A stretch of 64,000 nucleotides of DNA from Candidatus Binataceae bacterium (GCA_035531675.1 DATKSL010000008.1:1982-65981), one strand, 5' to 3'; positions 18,023-30,459 are shown, numbered from the stretch's first letter. Notes: generated by a model from the letters alone, not told the origin. Program-made: numbers and translations.

Positions 18023-19117
18023 TTGGTCAGAGCTGAAGATCTGGTCCTGCCCGGCGTCGCGGCCATCCATCCCTACGAGCCCGGCAAACCGATTGAAGAG
18101 GTCGAGCGCGAACTCGGAATCGACGCCGCGGTCAAGCTCGCCTCCAACGAAAATCCGCTCGGCCCCTCGCCCAAGGCGATCGAGGCGATCGTCAAGGCGC
18201 TGCCCGAGGTGAACCGTTACCCCGACGGCGGCTGCTGGCTCTTGCGCCACAAGATCGCCGCCCGCCATCAGGTGACGCCCGAGCAGGTGTTCGTCGCCTC
18301 GGGTTCGGTCGAGGTGCTGAACCTGCTCAGCTTCCTGTTTCTGCGGCCGGGGCTCAATGCGATCTACCCGGAGCATTGCTTCGCGATCTACCCGCTGGCG
18401 ACCGCGGCGGCGGGCGGCGAGGGTCGTGCGGTCGCGGTGCGCGACGGCTTCTACTTCGATCTCGAGCGGGTGGCCGACGCGATCGACGAGCATACCCGCA
18501 TCGTGTTCCTGGATAATCCCAACAACCCCAGCGGCACTATCTTCCGGCGCGCGGAGTGGGAGCGCTTCCTGGCGCGCCTTCCCGAGCGGGTGGTGGTGGT
18601 CGCCGATGAAGCCTACTTCGAGTTCGTGCGCGATGCCGACTATCCCGATTCGCTCGCCTACCATCATCCGGATCGGATGATCGTGACGATGCGCACCTTC
18701 TCGAAGATCTTCGGGCTGGCGGGATTGCGGGTCGGCTACGCGGTGGCGCGACCCGATATCGTCACGCTGCTCAACAAGGTGCGCCAGCCGTTCAACGTCA
18801 CCTCGCTCGGGCAGATCGCGGCGATCGCCGGGTTGGATGATCATGAACATGTGCGCCGCACGCTCGAAGTCAACGCGCGCGGCATCGAGTACCTGGAGGG
18901 CGAGTTCCGGCGCCTTAAGCTGGGCTTCGTGCCGAGCCATGCGAATTTCATTCTGGTCGACGTCGGTGACGGGCAGGCGGTGTTCGAAAAGCTGATGCGC
19001 GCGGGGGTGATCGTGCGGCCGATGGGCGGCTACAATTTTCCGCGTCACGTCAGAATCAGCGTCGGCACGGCCGGCGAGAATCAACGCCTGATCGAGGCGC
19101 TGGCGAAGGTGCTCTGA
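18023..19117 (+). CDS. hisC: histidinol-phosphate / aromatic aminotransferase
   Basis: 364 aa class-II aminotransferase (LASNENPLGPSP ... RTFSKIFGLAGLRVGY) in the conserved pheA-hisC-tyrA position. TTG start. Confidence 0.85.
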   Translation: MVRAEDLVLPGVAAIHPYEPGKPIEEVERELGIDAAVKLASNENPLGPSPKAIEAIVKALPEVNRYPDGGCWLLRHKIAARHQVTPEQVFVASGSVEVLNLLSFLFLRPGLNAIYPEHCFAIYPLATAAAGGEGRAVAVRDGFYFDLERVADAIDEHTRIVFLDNPNNPSGTIFRRAEWERFLARLPERVVVVADEAYFEFVRDADYPDSLAYHHPDRMIVTMRTFSKIFGLAGLRVGYAVARPDIVTLLNKVRQPFNVTSLGQIAAIAGLDDHEHVRRTLEVNARGIEYLEGEFRRLKLGFVPSHANFILVDVGDGQAVFEKLMRAGVIVRPMGGYNFPRHVRISVGTAGENQRLIEALAKVL

Positions 19118-19168
19118 AATCTCGCTGCCGGCCTCACTCTTTTATCCGCCGCCGGCCGCGAATAACCT

Positions 19169-20059
19169 GTGCGGGTGGCGGCAACCGCGCGCCCGATGAC
19201 CGTGCTGTTCAAACAAATGACGATTTGCGGGGTCGGCCTGATTGGCGGCTCGCTCGCGCTAGTCGCGCGCCGGGCCGGGCTGGTCGAAAAGATCGTCGGG
19301 CTCGGGCGCGGCGCGCAAAACCTGGAGCTGGCGCGCGAGCGCGGGATAATCGATCACGCCACGCGCGACCCGCTCGAGGCGGCGCGCGGCGCCAACCTGG
19401 TGGTGCTGGCGACGCCGATCCGCGCGATGCCGGCGACGCTTATCGCGATGAAGCCGGCGCTGCCGCCCGATACGATCGTCACCGACGTCGGCAGCGTCAA
19501 GCAGTGGGTGATTGCGCAGCTCGAGCCCGAGCTGGGTCCGCAGATGGCGCTGGTGGCGGCGCATCCGATCGCCGGCAAGGAGTTAACCGGCGCCGGCGCC
19601 GCCGACGCTACGCTGTTCGCCGGCCAGCGCGTGATTATCACGCCCTCGGCGCGCAGCACTCCCGCGGCGCTCGGGCAGGTCGAGGCGCTCTGGCAAGCGA
19701 CCGGGGCGCGCGTCAGCCGGATGACGCCCGAGCTCCACGACCGGGTGCTGGCCCGCGCCAGTCATCTGCCGCAGATCGTGGCGAGCGTGCTGGCCGCCGC
19801 ACTTGACGACGCGTTGGTGGACGGGACGCGGGCGGTCGATTACGGCGCGGGCGGGCTGCGCGACACCACTCGTATCGCCGCTTCATCGCCGGAGATGTGG
19901 ATCGATGTCTGCCTGACGAATCGCGCGGCGATTATCGAAGCGCTGGCCGGCTTCCGAGGCATCCTCGAGGAGTTCGCGGCCTGCCTCGAAGGCAGCGACG
20001 TTGACGGACTCAAGCGGGTTTTCGAGCGCGGGCGCGCGATGCGCAAGGGACTATCGTGA
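19169..20059 (+). CDS. tyrA: prephenate (arogenate) dehydrogenase
   Basis: Rossmann motif ICGVGLIGGSLA, then AHPIAG and ASHLPQ motifs. GTG start. Confidence 0.85.
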   Translation: MRVAATARPMTVLFKQMTICGVGLIGGSLALVARRAGLVEKIVGLGRGAQNLELARERGIIDHATRDPLEAARGANLVVLATPIRAMPATLIAMKPALPPDTIVTDVGSVKQWVIAQLEPELGPQMALVAAHPIAGKELTGAGAADATLFAGQRVIITPSARSTPAALGQVEALWQATGARVSRMTPELHDRVLARASHLPQIVASVLAAALDDALVDGTRAVDYGAGGLRDTTRIAASSPEMWIDVCLTNRAAIIEALAGFRGILEEFAACLEGSDVDGLKRVFERGRAMRKGLS

Positions 20060-20742
20060 AAACACCATCGTCCGGCGGCGCACGCAGCCGCCCGATCGTC
20101 GCCATCGACGGACCGGTCGGGGCCGGCAAGTCGACCGTGGCGCGGCGGCTGGCGCAGGCGCTCGGCTTCGACTACCTGAACACCGGCGCGATGTATCGGG
20201 CGGTGGCGCTGGCGGCGCGCAACCTGGGTATCGCGCCCGACGATCCGCAGCTCGGGCAGAAGCTCGGCGCGCTGCTGCGCTCGATGACGATTTCATTCGC
20301 CGGGGATCGTCTGCTGCTCGACGGCCGCGACGTGAGCGACGAGCTGAGCGCTCCCGAGATCGGCGACCTGGCCTCGCGCTTGTCGACCCTGCAGGTGGTG
20401 CGCGACGCGATGCGCGAGCTGCAGCGCCAGGCCGGCGCGCCGGGCGGGGTGGTGATGGAGGGGCGCGATATCGGCACCGCGATTTTTCCTGATGCCGAGT
20501 TCAAATTCTTTCTCGACGCCGACGTCACGGTGCGCGCGCGCCGGCGTCATCAGGAGCTGGCCGCCAAGGGCGTTCAAACCGATTTCGACGAGGTGCTCGC
20601 GCAGCTCCGGGAACGCGACCGGCGCGACCGCGGGCGCGAGCTCGCACCGCTTAAAAAGGCAGCTGACGCGACGCTGGTCGATTCGAGCGGACTCACCGTC
20701 GACGAGGTTGTCAAGCTCATGAAGCAGCAGGTTGCGGGTTGA
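20056..20742 (+). CDS. cmk: (d)CMP kinase
   Basis: IAIDGPVGAGKSTVARRLA P-loop, plus MEGRDIGT and RD.RD motifs. The start overlaps the tyrA stop. Confidence 0.9.
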   Translation: MKTPSSGGARSRPIVAIDGPVGAGKSTVARRLAQALGFDYLNTGAMYRAVALAARNLGIAPDDPQLGQKLGALLRSMTISFAGDRLLLDGRDVSDELSAPEIGDLASRLSTLQVVRDAMRELQRQAGAPGGVVMEGRDIGTAIFPDAEFKFFLDADVTVRARRRHQELAAKGVQTDFDEVLAQLRERDRRDRGRELAPLKKAADATLVDSSGLTVDEVVKLMKQQVAG

Positions 20743-20829
20743 GGCGCGCAGGTAAAGGCCTTGCAACCCTGCTAGACTGGTTGTAAGCATTCGTCATAGC
20801 CTCGAAGTTCTCGCGGAAGGTCCCACTAA

Positions 20830-22572
20830 ATGGAGAAAGCTTTGCCTGAAAAGATCGACGGAGGAGAAAATGATTTTGAGTCGTTGATGGAACAGAGCCT
20901 GCGTGCTCCCCGCGCCGGCGACGTACTGACCGGAACTGTGCTGCTGGTCACACGCGACAACGTCATCATCGACATCAATTACAAGTGCGAGGGTCAGGCG
21001 CCGCTCGCCGAGTTCCTTGACTCTGAGGGCAACCCCACGGTCAAGGAAGGCGACGAGGTCGATGTCTACTTCGAAGGCACCGAGACCGACAACGGCACGG
21101 TGATGCTCTCGCACGCCAAGGCCGAGAAGTTCAAGGTCTGGCGTGAACTCGAGCGCGCCTTCCAGGAAGAGGCGGCGGTTGAAGGCGTGATCCTCGGCAA
21201 GGTCAAGGGCGGACTCAAGGTCGATATCGGCGTGCCGGCCTTCCTGCCCGGTTCGCATGTCGATATCCGCCCGGCGCGCAATCTCGATCGCTACGTCGGC
21301 CAGCGCGGCCGCTTTCAGATCCTGAAATTCAATCGCGCGCGCGCCAACGTGGTGGTCTCGCGCCGCACCGTGCTCGAGCGCGAACGCTCGTCACTCAAGG
21401 AACAGACCCTCAAGGTGCTCGAAGAGGGCGTGATTCTCGAAGGCACCGTCAAGAACATCACCGACTACGGCGCGTTTATCGATCTGGGCGGGCTCGACGG
21501 GCTGTTGCATATCACCGATATGTCGTGGGGCCGCCTGCAGCATCCCTCGGAGGTGCTGAAGGTCGGCGACAAGGTCAAGGTGGTGGTGCTGAAGTACGAC
21601 GCCGAACGCGAGCGGGTCTCGCTCGGCATGAAGCAGATCATGCCCGATCCATGGACCAAGGCGGCCGAGAGTTATCCGCCCGGCTACCGCATCAAGGGCA
21701 AGGTCGTCAGCGTTACCGATTACGGCGCGTTCGTCGAGCTCGAGAAGGGCGTCGAGGGACTGGTGCACGTTTCCGAGATGAGCTGGAGCAAGCGCGCGGT
21801 CCATCCCTCGAAGGTGGTGAACGTCGGCGATATGGTCGAGGTCCAGGTGCTGGGCGTCGACGAAGCCAACCGCCGGATTTCGCTGGGTCTCAAGCAGACC
21901 GAGCCGAATCCGTGGCAGGAGCTGGCCCGGCGCCATCCGGTCGGCAGCAGCGTGCACGGCAAGGTCAAGTCGATCACCGACTTCGGCGTGTTCGTCGAAA
22001 TCGAGCCGGGCATCGACGGCCTGGTGCATATCTCCGATCTGTCGTGGACCCGCAAGCTCCGCCATCCCTCGGAACTGGTCAAGAAGGGCGACGAGGTCGA
22101 CGCGGTGGTGCTGGGTGTCGAGGTCGAGCACGAGCGGGTCAGCCTCGGCATCAAGCAGACTGCCGGCGATCCGTGGCAGACGGTGGCCGAGCGCTATCCG
22201 CTCAACACGCGGGTCAAGGGCCAGGTCAGCTCGGTCGCCGACTTCGGCGTGCTCGTCGAGCTGGAGGAAGGCATCGAGGGGCTGATCCACATCTCGCAGC
22301 TCAGCTCGGAGCGGGTCGACAAGCCGCAGAGCCTGTTCAAGGTCGACGACCAGGTCGAGGCGCTGGTGGTTCAGGTCGATACCAAAGAGCGACGCATCGG
22401 GCTGTCGATCAAGGCGCTCAAGCAGCACGAGGAACGCGAAGAGATGCAGGCCTATCTCAAGCGCGAGCACGAGGCGGCCCGTTTTTCGCTCGAAGACATT
22501 CTCAACGAAGAGTTGCGGCTGGATCGCGACGACGCCGAGGGTCGCGCGGCCCGCGGCCGCGGCCGCGGTTAG
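20830..22572 (+). CDS. rpsA: 30S ribosomal protein S1
   Basis: 580 aa with six repeated S1 domains (G.V..ITDYGAFV.L..G..GL.H.S). Confidence 0.95.
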   Translation: MEKALPEKIDGGENDFESLMEQSLRAPRAGDVLTGTVLLVTRDNVIIDINYKCEGQAPLAEFLDSEGNPTVKEGDEVDVYFEGTETDNGTVMLSHAKAEKFKVWRELERAFQEEAAVEGVILGKVKGGLKVDIGVPAFLPGSHVDIRPARNLDRYVGQRGRFQILKFNRARANVVVSRRTVLERERSSLKEQTLKVLEEGVILEGTVKNITDYGAFIDLGGLDGLLHITDMSWGRLQHPSEVLKVGDKVKVVVLKYDAERERVSLGMKQIMPDPWTKAAESYPPGYRIKGKVVSVTDYGAFVELEKGVEGLVHVSEMSWSKRAVHPSKVVNVGDMVEVQVLGVDEANRRISLGLKQTEPNPWQELARRHPVGSSVHGKVKSITDFGVFVEIEPGIDGLVHISDLSWTRKLRHPSELVKKGDEVDAVVLGVEVEHERVSLGIKQTAGDPWQTVAERYPLNTRVKGQVSSVADFGVLVELEEGIEGLIHISQLSSERVDKPQSLFKVDDQVEALVVQVDTKERRIGLSIKALKQHEEREEMQAYLKREHEAARFSLEDILNEELRLDRDDAEGRAARGRGRG

Positions 22573-22617
22573 GACGGCCCCGCGCGCCGCGCCGGCTGCG
22601 CGGCGCGCATCATTGCT

Positions 22618-22926
22618 ATGACCAAGCGCGAGATCATCGAGGAACTGCTGGCGCGCCAGCAACACTTTTCGCGGCGCGACTCGGAAACCACGATCAACGC
22701 GATGTTCGACGCGATGGCCAAGGTGCTGGCGCGCGGCGATCGCATTGAACTGCGCGGTTTCGGCAGCTTCGGCGTCAAGCAGCGGCGTGCCCGCCAGGGG
22801 CGCAATCCCAAAACCGGCGCACTGGTGGCGGTCGAGGCCAAGCAGGTGCCGTTCTTCCGCGCCGGCAAGGAGCTGCGAATCGAGGTCAATGGCACGACGC
22901 GCGGACGATCGTCGCAATCCGGCTGA
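22618..22926 (+). CDS. ihfB: integration host factor subunit beta
   Basis: MTKREIIEEL ... RIELRGFGSFGVKQRRARQGRNPKTG, HU/IHF fold, downstream of rpsA as in other proteobacteria. Confidence 0.85.
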   Translation: MTKREIIEELLARQQHFSRRDSETTINAMFDAMAKVLARGDRIELRGFGSFGVKQRRARQGRNPKTGALVAVEAKQVPFFRAGKELRIEVNGTTRGRSSQSG

Positions 22927-23449
22927 GAGCGCGGCGGGGCTCCAGCGGCTGTGGGCGCCGTGGCGCCGGGGCTACCTCGAGGCGGCCGCCGGCCGCCGTC
23001 CCCTGAAATGTATCTTTTGTCTGCGCCGGGCCGCGGCCACGGCGCTTCACGAGCGGCTGGTGCTGCGCGCCACTCCGCTCGTGATCGTGATGCTCAACCG
23101 CTACCCGTACAACACCGGCCATCTGATGGTCGCGCCGCGCCGCCACGTCGCGTCGCCCGAGCTGCTGACTCCGCGGGAGCAGACGGCGCTGGCCGCGATG
23201 GTCGCGGCGGCGGTCGCCAACCTGCGCCGCGCCTATCGTCCCGACGGCCTCAATCTCGGCGCCAACCTGGGCCGCGCGGCGGGCGCCGGTTTCGCCGCGC
23301 ATATGCATTGGCACCTGGTGCCGCGCTGGACGGGCGACAGCAACTACATGACGGTGACGGCGGGCACGCGGGTGCTTTCCGAGATGCTCGATGAGACCTT
23401 TGCGCGCCTGGCCCCGCTTTTCAAAGCCGGGCGGCAACCCGTATCCTAG
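22889..23449 (+). CDS. HIT-family nucleotide hydrolase/transferase (GalT/Ap4A-phosphorylase-like)
   Basis: LWAPWRRGYL, CIFC and the histidine triad region AAHMHWHLVPRW. ATG 22889 is the most plausible start and overlaps the ihfB 3-prime end. Confidence 0.7.
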   Translation: MARRADDRRNPAESAAGLQRLWAPWRRGYLEAAAGRRPLKCIFCLRRAAATALHERLVLRATPLVIVMLNRYPYNTGHLMVAPRRHVASPELLTPREQTALAAMVAAAVANLRRAYRPDGLNLGANLGRAAGAGFAAHMHWHLVPRWTGDSNYMTVTAGTRVLSEMLDETFARLAPLFKAGRQPVS

Positions 23450-23475
23450 ACGACAATACTTTCACGCCAGGACTC

Positions 23476-24891
23476 ATGATGAACCAGGACCTGCTCGCGA
23501 TTACCACTTTGGGCGCGCTCAAGAGCGCCGGCTACCGGACGGCGCCGGTGCGGATCGAGATGCGCAACAACCTGCTCAAGCGGCTCACGGGCAGCGAGCG
23601 CACGCTGCCCGGGATAATCGGCTACGACAAGACCGTGGTGCCCGAGATCGAGAATGCGATCCTGGCCGGCCATCACATGATCTTCCTGGGCGAGCGCGGC
23701 CAGGCGAAATCGCGGATCATTCGCTCGCTGGCGGGCCTGCTCGACGAGCTGGTGCCGGCCGTCAAGGGCTGCGAGATCAACGACGATCCGTACGCGCCGA
23801 TCTGCAAGTTCTGCCGCCGCCAGCTCGAGGAGCATGGCGACAATCTCGAGATCACCTGGCTCACGCGCGAGCCTCGCTACGCCGAGAAGCTCGCCACGCC
23901 CGACGTCTCGGTAGCCGACCTGATCGGCGAAATCGATCCGATCAAGGTTGCCGAAGGGCGCTACCTGGCCGACGAGGAGACCATCCACTACGGCCTGATT
24001 CCGCGCACCAACCGCGGCATCTTCGCGATCAATGAGCTGCCCGATCTGACCGAGAAGGTGCAGGTCGGACTGTTCAACCTGATGGAAGAGAAGGACGTTC
24101 AGATCAAGGGTTACAAGATTCGCCTGCCGGTCGACGTAATATTCGTCGCCAGCGCGAATCCGGAGGACTACACCTCGCGCGGCCGTATCATTACGCCGCT
24201 CAAGGACCGTTTCGACGTCCAGATTCGCACCCACTATCCGAAGACCATCGAAGACGAGATCGCGATCATGGAGCAGGAATGCAGCTATCCGCTGCGCCCC
24301 GAGCTGCCGCTGCGGGTGGCGCCGTTCATGCGCGAAATCCTCGCCCACATCACCTTCGAGGCCCGCGCCTCCAACGAGATCAACCAATCCTCCGGCGTTT
24401 CCGTGCGCGTGACGATCAACAACTTCGAAGCCGTCATCTCCAACGCCGAACGGCGCGCGGTGATGGTGGGCGAGAACGAGATCGTGCCGCGCATCACCGA
24501 CCTGCCCTCGCTCTACGCCTCGACCGCCGGCAAGATCGAGCTCGAGTACGTCGGCGAGGACAAGAAGGAAGAGGACCTGGTCGAGCGCCTGATCAACCGC
24601 GCGGTGCTCAAGGTCTTCGACCATCACCTCAAGCTCGACGATCTTAAACCGATCATCGCCTACTTCGGCCAGGGCTGGGGCGTCGAGGTTTCCGACATGG
24701 CGCCGGCCACCGAGTACCTCGAACCGCTGCGTGAGGTGCCGGGCCTGCGCGAGGTGGTCGAGCGGCTCGGACCGTTCGAGACCCCGGGGCTGATGGCGGT
24801 GGCGAGCGAGCTGATCTTCGAGGGGCTGCACCTTCATCAGAAACTCAACAAGGAGCGCCAGGGCGGCGGCCGCTTCGCCTATCACGCCTGA
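23476..24891 (+). CDS. ChlI/BchI-like AAA+ ATPase (often mis-annotated as a sigma-54 interaction protein)
   Basis: Walker A FLGERGQAKS, Walker B region GIFAINELPDL, sensor-1 ASANPE and Arg-finger region LKDRFD. These are collinear with Mg-chelatase ChlI as recalled from memory. Confidence 0.75.
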   Translation: MMNQDLLAITTLGALKSAGYRTAPVRIEMRNNLLKRLTGSERTLPGIIGYDKTVVPEIENAILAGHHMIFLGERGQAKSRIIRSLAGLLDELVPAVKGCEINDDPYAPICKFCRRQLEEHGDNLEITWLTREPRYAEKLATPDVSVADLIGEIDPIKVAEGRYLADEETIHYGLIPRTNRGIFAINELPDLTEKVQVGLFNLMEEKDVQIKGYKIRLPVDVIFVASANPEDYTSRGRIITPLKDRFDVQIRTHYPKTIEDEIAIMEQECSYPLRPELPLRVAPFMREILAHITFEARASNEINQSSGVSVRVTINNFEAVISNAERRAVMVGENEIVPRITDLPSLYASTAGKIELEYVGEDKKEEDLVERLINRAVLKVFDHHLKLDDLKPIIAYFGQGWGVEVSDMAPATEYLEPLREVPGLREVVERLGPFETPGLMAVASELIFEGLHLHQKLNKERQGGGRFAYHA

Positions 24892-24901
24892 CGCCGCGCC
24901 G

Positions 24902-26494
24902 ATGAACATCCATCGCTACACGCGCTGGGACGGCAGCCAGCGGGTCCGGCTGACCGCCGACCAGTTGTTCGAGAAGCTGGCCGAATATCTTTCGTACACC
25001 GACGACGTGCGCCAGGCGATGGACTGGATCACGCGCCAGGGGCTCGACCTCGACGGCACCAAGATGGCCGGGCTCGAGGAGTTCATCGAGCAGCTGCGCC
25101 AGGAGATGCGCAAGCGTTATCGCGAGTCCAACCTGAAGAACGCGCTCGGTGAGATCGAACGCAAGCTCGAAAGCATCCTGGAGCGCGAGCGCAGCACGCT
25201 CGGCGCGCTGCGCGACCGCAAACCCGGCATCGAGGAGAAGGAGCGCGAGCTCGAGCACGTGCCGCGCAAGCTCTCGGAGGCGCTCCGGCGGCTGGAGAAT
25301 TACGAGTTCGAGGACGCCGAGGCGCAGGCCGATTTCGACGAGCTGCTCAAGGAATACGAGAACGTCCGCGACCTCGAGAACTTCCGCGAGCGCCACGGCC
25401 AGGCCTTTCGCGGGCCCCAGAGTCTCGGCTATCGCGAGGCGGTCGACATGATGCGCGAGATGGAGCGGATGCGCAATCTCGAGCAGGCGCTGATGGCGGG
25501 CGATCTCGACCAGGTCTCCGGCGACGAGTTGCAGGCCATGCTCGGCGGACAGGCGCAGCAGGACTTCGAGAATTTGAAGCAGGTCATGATGCTGCTCGAC
25601 GAGTCGGGCTATCTGGCCACCAAGGGCGACCATCTGACGCTCTCGCCCAAGGGCGTGCGGCGCATCGGACAACTGGCGCTGCGCGATATCTTCCAGGGGC
25701 TGCTGCGCGATCGCGGCGGCGGCCACGCGATGGAGCATCGCGGCGCGACCCAAATCCGCCCCGATATCACCAAGCCCTATGCCTACGGCGATCCGCTGAA
25801 TCTCAACCTGGTGGCGACCCTCAAGCACGCGCTGACGCGCCGGCCGGGCGTTCCGCTCACACTCAGGCCCGAGGATTTCGAGGTTTTCGAGAGCGATTAC
25901 GCCACCACCTCCTCGACCGTGCTGTGCCTGGATATGTCGTGGTCGATGAGCTGGGAGGGACGGTTCGCGGCGGCCAAGAAGGTTGCGATGGCGATGGAGA
26001 CGCTGATTCGCTCCAGGTACCCGCGCGATTTCTTCGCCATCGTCGGCTTCTTCACCCGCGCCGTCGAGCTCAAGCTGAAGGATCTGCCCGAGGCCTCATG
26101 GAACATGGGCGACCCGTTCACCAATCTGCAGGACGGGCTGCGCCTGGCCTCCGAGCTGCTCGGCCGCCATCCGTCGCGCAACCAGCACATCATCGTGATC
26201 ACCGACGGTCAGCCGACCGCCTATTTCCAGAACGGGCGGGTGTTCTGCGAATGGCCGTTGTCGTTCGGCGGTATCAGCATGCGGGCCGCGCAGGAGACGC
26301 TCAAGGAAGTTGAGCGGGTGACGCGCAAGGGCATCACGATCAACACTTTCATGCTCGACGATTCGCCGAGCCTGCGCGCATTCGTCGAGAAGATGACCCA
26401 GATCAACCGGGGCCGGGCGCTGTTCACGCGTCCCGATCATCTGGGCGAGTACCTGCTGGTCGACTACCTGTCACATAAGCGCAAGAAGATTTGA
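24902..26494 (+). CDS. vWA-domain protein with N-terminal charged coiled-coil region
   Basis: 530 aa. The N-terminal half is E/R/L-rich. The C-terminal vWA domain has an intact MIDAS (LDMSWSMS ... ITDGQPT). It starts 10 nt after the ATPase stop. Confidence 0.75.
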   Translation: MNIHRYTRWDGSQRVRLTADQLFEKLAEYLSYTDDVRQAMDWITRQGLDLDGTKMAGLEEFIEQLRQEMRKRYRESNLKNALGEIERKLESILERERSTLGALRDRKPGIEEKERELEHVPRKLSEALRRLENYEFEDAEAQADFDELLKEYENVRDLENFRERHGQAFRGPQSLGYREAVDMMREMERMRNLEQALMAGDLDQVSGDELQAMLGGQAQQDFENLKQVMMLLDESGYLATKGDHLTLSPKGVRRIGQLALRDIFQGLLRDRGGGHAMEHRGATQIRPDITKPYAYGDPLNLNLVATLKHALTRRPGVPLTLRPEDFEVFESDYATTSSTVLCLDMSWSMSWEGRFAAAKKVAMAMETLIRSRYPRDFFAIVGFFTRAVELKLKDLPEASWNMGDPFTNLQDGLRLASELLGRHPSRNQHIIVITDGQPTAYFQNGRVFCEWPLSFGGISMRAAQETLKEVERVTRKGITINTFMLDDSPSLRAFVEKMTQINRGRALFTRPDHLGEYLLVDYLSHKRKKI

Positions 26495-26649
26495 ACGTCG
26501 GGCGGCCAGCTTCGAAGCCTTAGGGTCGGCCAGAATAGCGCCCGGACTTCGACCGCTTCCCGGCCTGGCGGGCTTGGCTTTACTCGGCTGCCGGGCTCTG
26601 TTACGCTTCCTTCTCAAGAAAAAGTAAAAAGGAACAAGCAAGACTCCTG

Positions 26650-26919
26650 ATGCCCCTCGCGTCCGCCCGCAAGCGGGAAATAGTCCAGTCGCACGCGCGA
26701 ACTCTCACGGATAGCGGTTCTACCGAAGTCCAGGTGGCGCTTTTTTCTGCTCGTATTGAGCAGTTGAGCGGCCATCTTCGGACCCACGCGAAAGACCATC
26801 ATTCGCGTCGGGGACTGCTCAGATTGGTCAGCAAGCGCCGCCGGCTGCTGGACTATCTACATGCGCGCGATTTTGCTCGCTACCGAGAGCTGATCGAAAA
26901 GCTGGGTATCCGGAGGTAG
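26650..26919 (+). CDS. rpsO: 30S ribosomal protein S15
   Basis: 89 aa with [35 protein letters not shown]. Confidence 0.95.
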   Translation: MPLASARKREIVQSHARTLTDSGSTEVQVALFSARIEQLSGHLRTHAKDHHSRRGLLRLVSKRRRLLDYLHARDFARYRELIEKLGIRR

Positions 26920-27062
26920 GCCCGGACGGATGGTCGTGCGGCCCGCGCCGTATCGACCGGGCTGGCCTATCGGCTGCTTGACGGCATTAGACTGGCCGCA
27001 AGCCATCGCCGCCGGTCTACCGCCTCGGACCTGCATCCTGCCTTCCTGACAAGGGCAAGGAA

Positions 27063-29156
<2,094 letters not shown>

Positions 29157-29174
29157 CCGGCCGCCGAGGCGCCC

Positions 29175-30437
29175 ATGATTCGCAAAACCGAGCTTCCCAA
29201 CGGCGTCCGGGTCATGACCGAGGCGATGCCGCAGGTGGTTTCCTCCTCGATCGGAATCTGGGTCGAGAATGGTTCGCGCTACGAGGTGCCCGAGCACAAC
29301 GGCGTCTCGCACTTTATCGAGCATCTGCTGTTCAAGGGCACCAGGCGGCGTACCGCCGCGCAGATCGCCGAGGAGATCGACGCGGTCGGCGGCGTGCTCA
29401 ACGCCTTCACCGGCAAGGAATACACCTGTTACTACGCCAAGGTGTTGGGCGCCGACCTGCCGCTCGCTATCGACGTGCTGGCCGACATCTTTCTCGACTC
29501 GTTGTTCGAACCGGCCGAAATTGACCGCGAGCGCCAGGTCGTAATCCAGGAGATCTCGCAGGCCGAGGATACGCCCGACGATTTCATCCACGACCTCTTC
29601 AACCTGCGCTTCTGGGAAGGCCATCCGCTCTCGCTGCCGATCTTCGGCTGCGAACAGACCGTCAACGCGATGGATCGCGAGCTGCTGACCTCGTTCATGG
29701 CCGAGCGCTACCGCGCCGGCAAGATCCTGGTCGCCGCGGCCGGGATGGTCGATCACGACCGGCTGGTGGCCGAGTGTGCGCGGCTGTTCGGCGCAATCCC
29801 CGGCAACGGACGGCCGCCGGTAATCGGCCCGCCGGCCGAGCGTCCGGTGGTGCAGCAGTACGAGAAGGAACTCGAGCAGGTCCATCTATGTATCGGCGGA
29901 CCCGGGCTCAGCCAATCCGATCCGCTGCGCTACGCCAGCTATGTTCTCAACACCGCGCTGGGCGGCGGGATGTCGTCGCGCCTGTTCCAGGAGGTGCGCG
30001 AGCGCCGCGGCCGCGTCTACAGTATCTACTCGTTCAACGCCTCCTTCATCGATTGCGGTTACATGGCGATTTACGCCGGCACCAACCCCGGCTGGATCGA
30101 CGAGGTAATCGAGGTGACGCTCGGCGAGGTCGGCAAGGTCGCACGCGCCGGACTCACGCCGGCCGAACTGGCCCGCGCCAAAAGCCAGCTCAAGGGCAAC
30201 ATGCTGCTCGGGATGGAGTCGACCGACAGCCGGATGAACCGGTTGGCGCGCAATGAGATTTATTTCCGGCGCGAGATCCCGCTGCAGGAACTGGCCGACG
30301 CGATCGAGCGGGTCACCAACGAGCAAATCGTCGAGCTCGGCGCCACCTGCTTCAAGCCCGAGCGGATGGCGATGGTGGTGCTGGGCGATCTGAAGGGCCG
30401 CAAGCTCGGCACCGAAGTCTGGTCGGCGATGAACTAA
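29175..30437 (+). CDS. M16-family zinc peptidase (pitrilysin-like)
   Basis: 420 aa with the inverted zinc motif HFIEHLLFKGT (HxxEH). Confidence 0.85.
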   Translation: MIRKTELPNGVRVMTEAMPQVVSSSIGIWVENGSRYEVPEHNGVSHFIEHLLFKGTRRRTAAQIAEEIDAVGGVLNAFTGKEYTCYYAKVLGADLPLAIDVLADIFLDSLFEPAEIDRERQVVIQEISQAEDTPDDFIHDLFNLRFWEGHPLSLPIFGCEQTVNAMDRELLTSFMAERYRAGKILVAAAGMVDHDRLVAECARLFGAIPGNGRPPVIGPPAERPVVQQYEKELEQVHLCIGGPGLSQSDPLRYASYVLNTALGGGMSSRLFQEVRERRGRVYSIYSFNASFIDCGYMAIYAGTNPGWIDEVIEVTLGEVGKVARAGLTPAELARAKSQLKGNMLLGMESTDSRMNRLARNEIYFRREIPLQELADAIERVTNEQIVELGATCFKPERMAMVVLGDLKGRKLGTEVWSAMN

Positions 30438-30459
30438 TCGCTCAGCGGCGTTTCCAGCC

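Noticed and set aside
26920-27062. An rpsO terminator / RNase III processing hairpin in the rpsO-pnp spacer, as in E. coli.
   Set aside because: Only short, imperfect pairings (for example GGTCG...CGACC within GCCCGG...CCGGGC) could be drawn by eye. This is not convincing without folding software.
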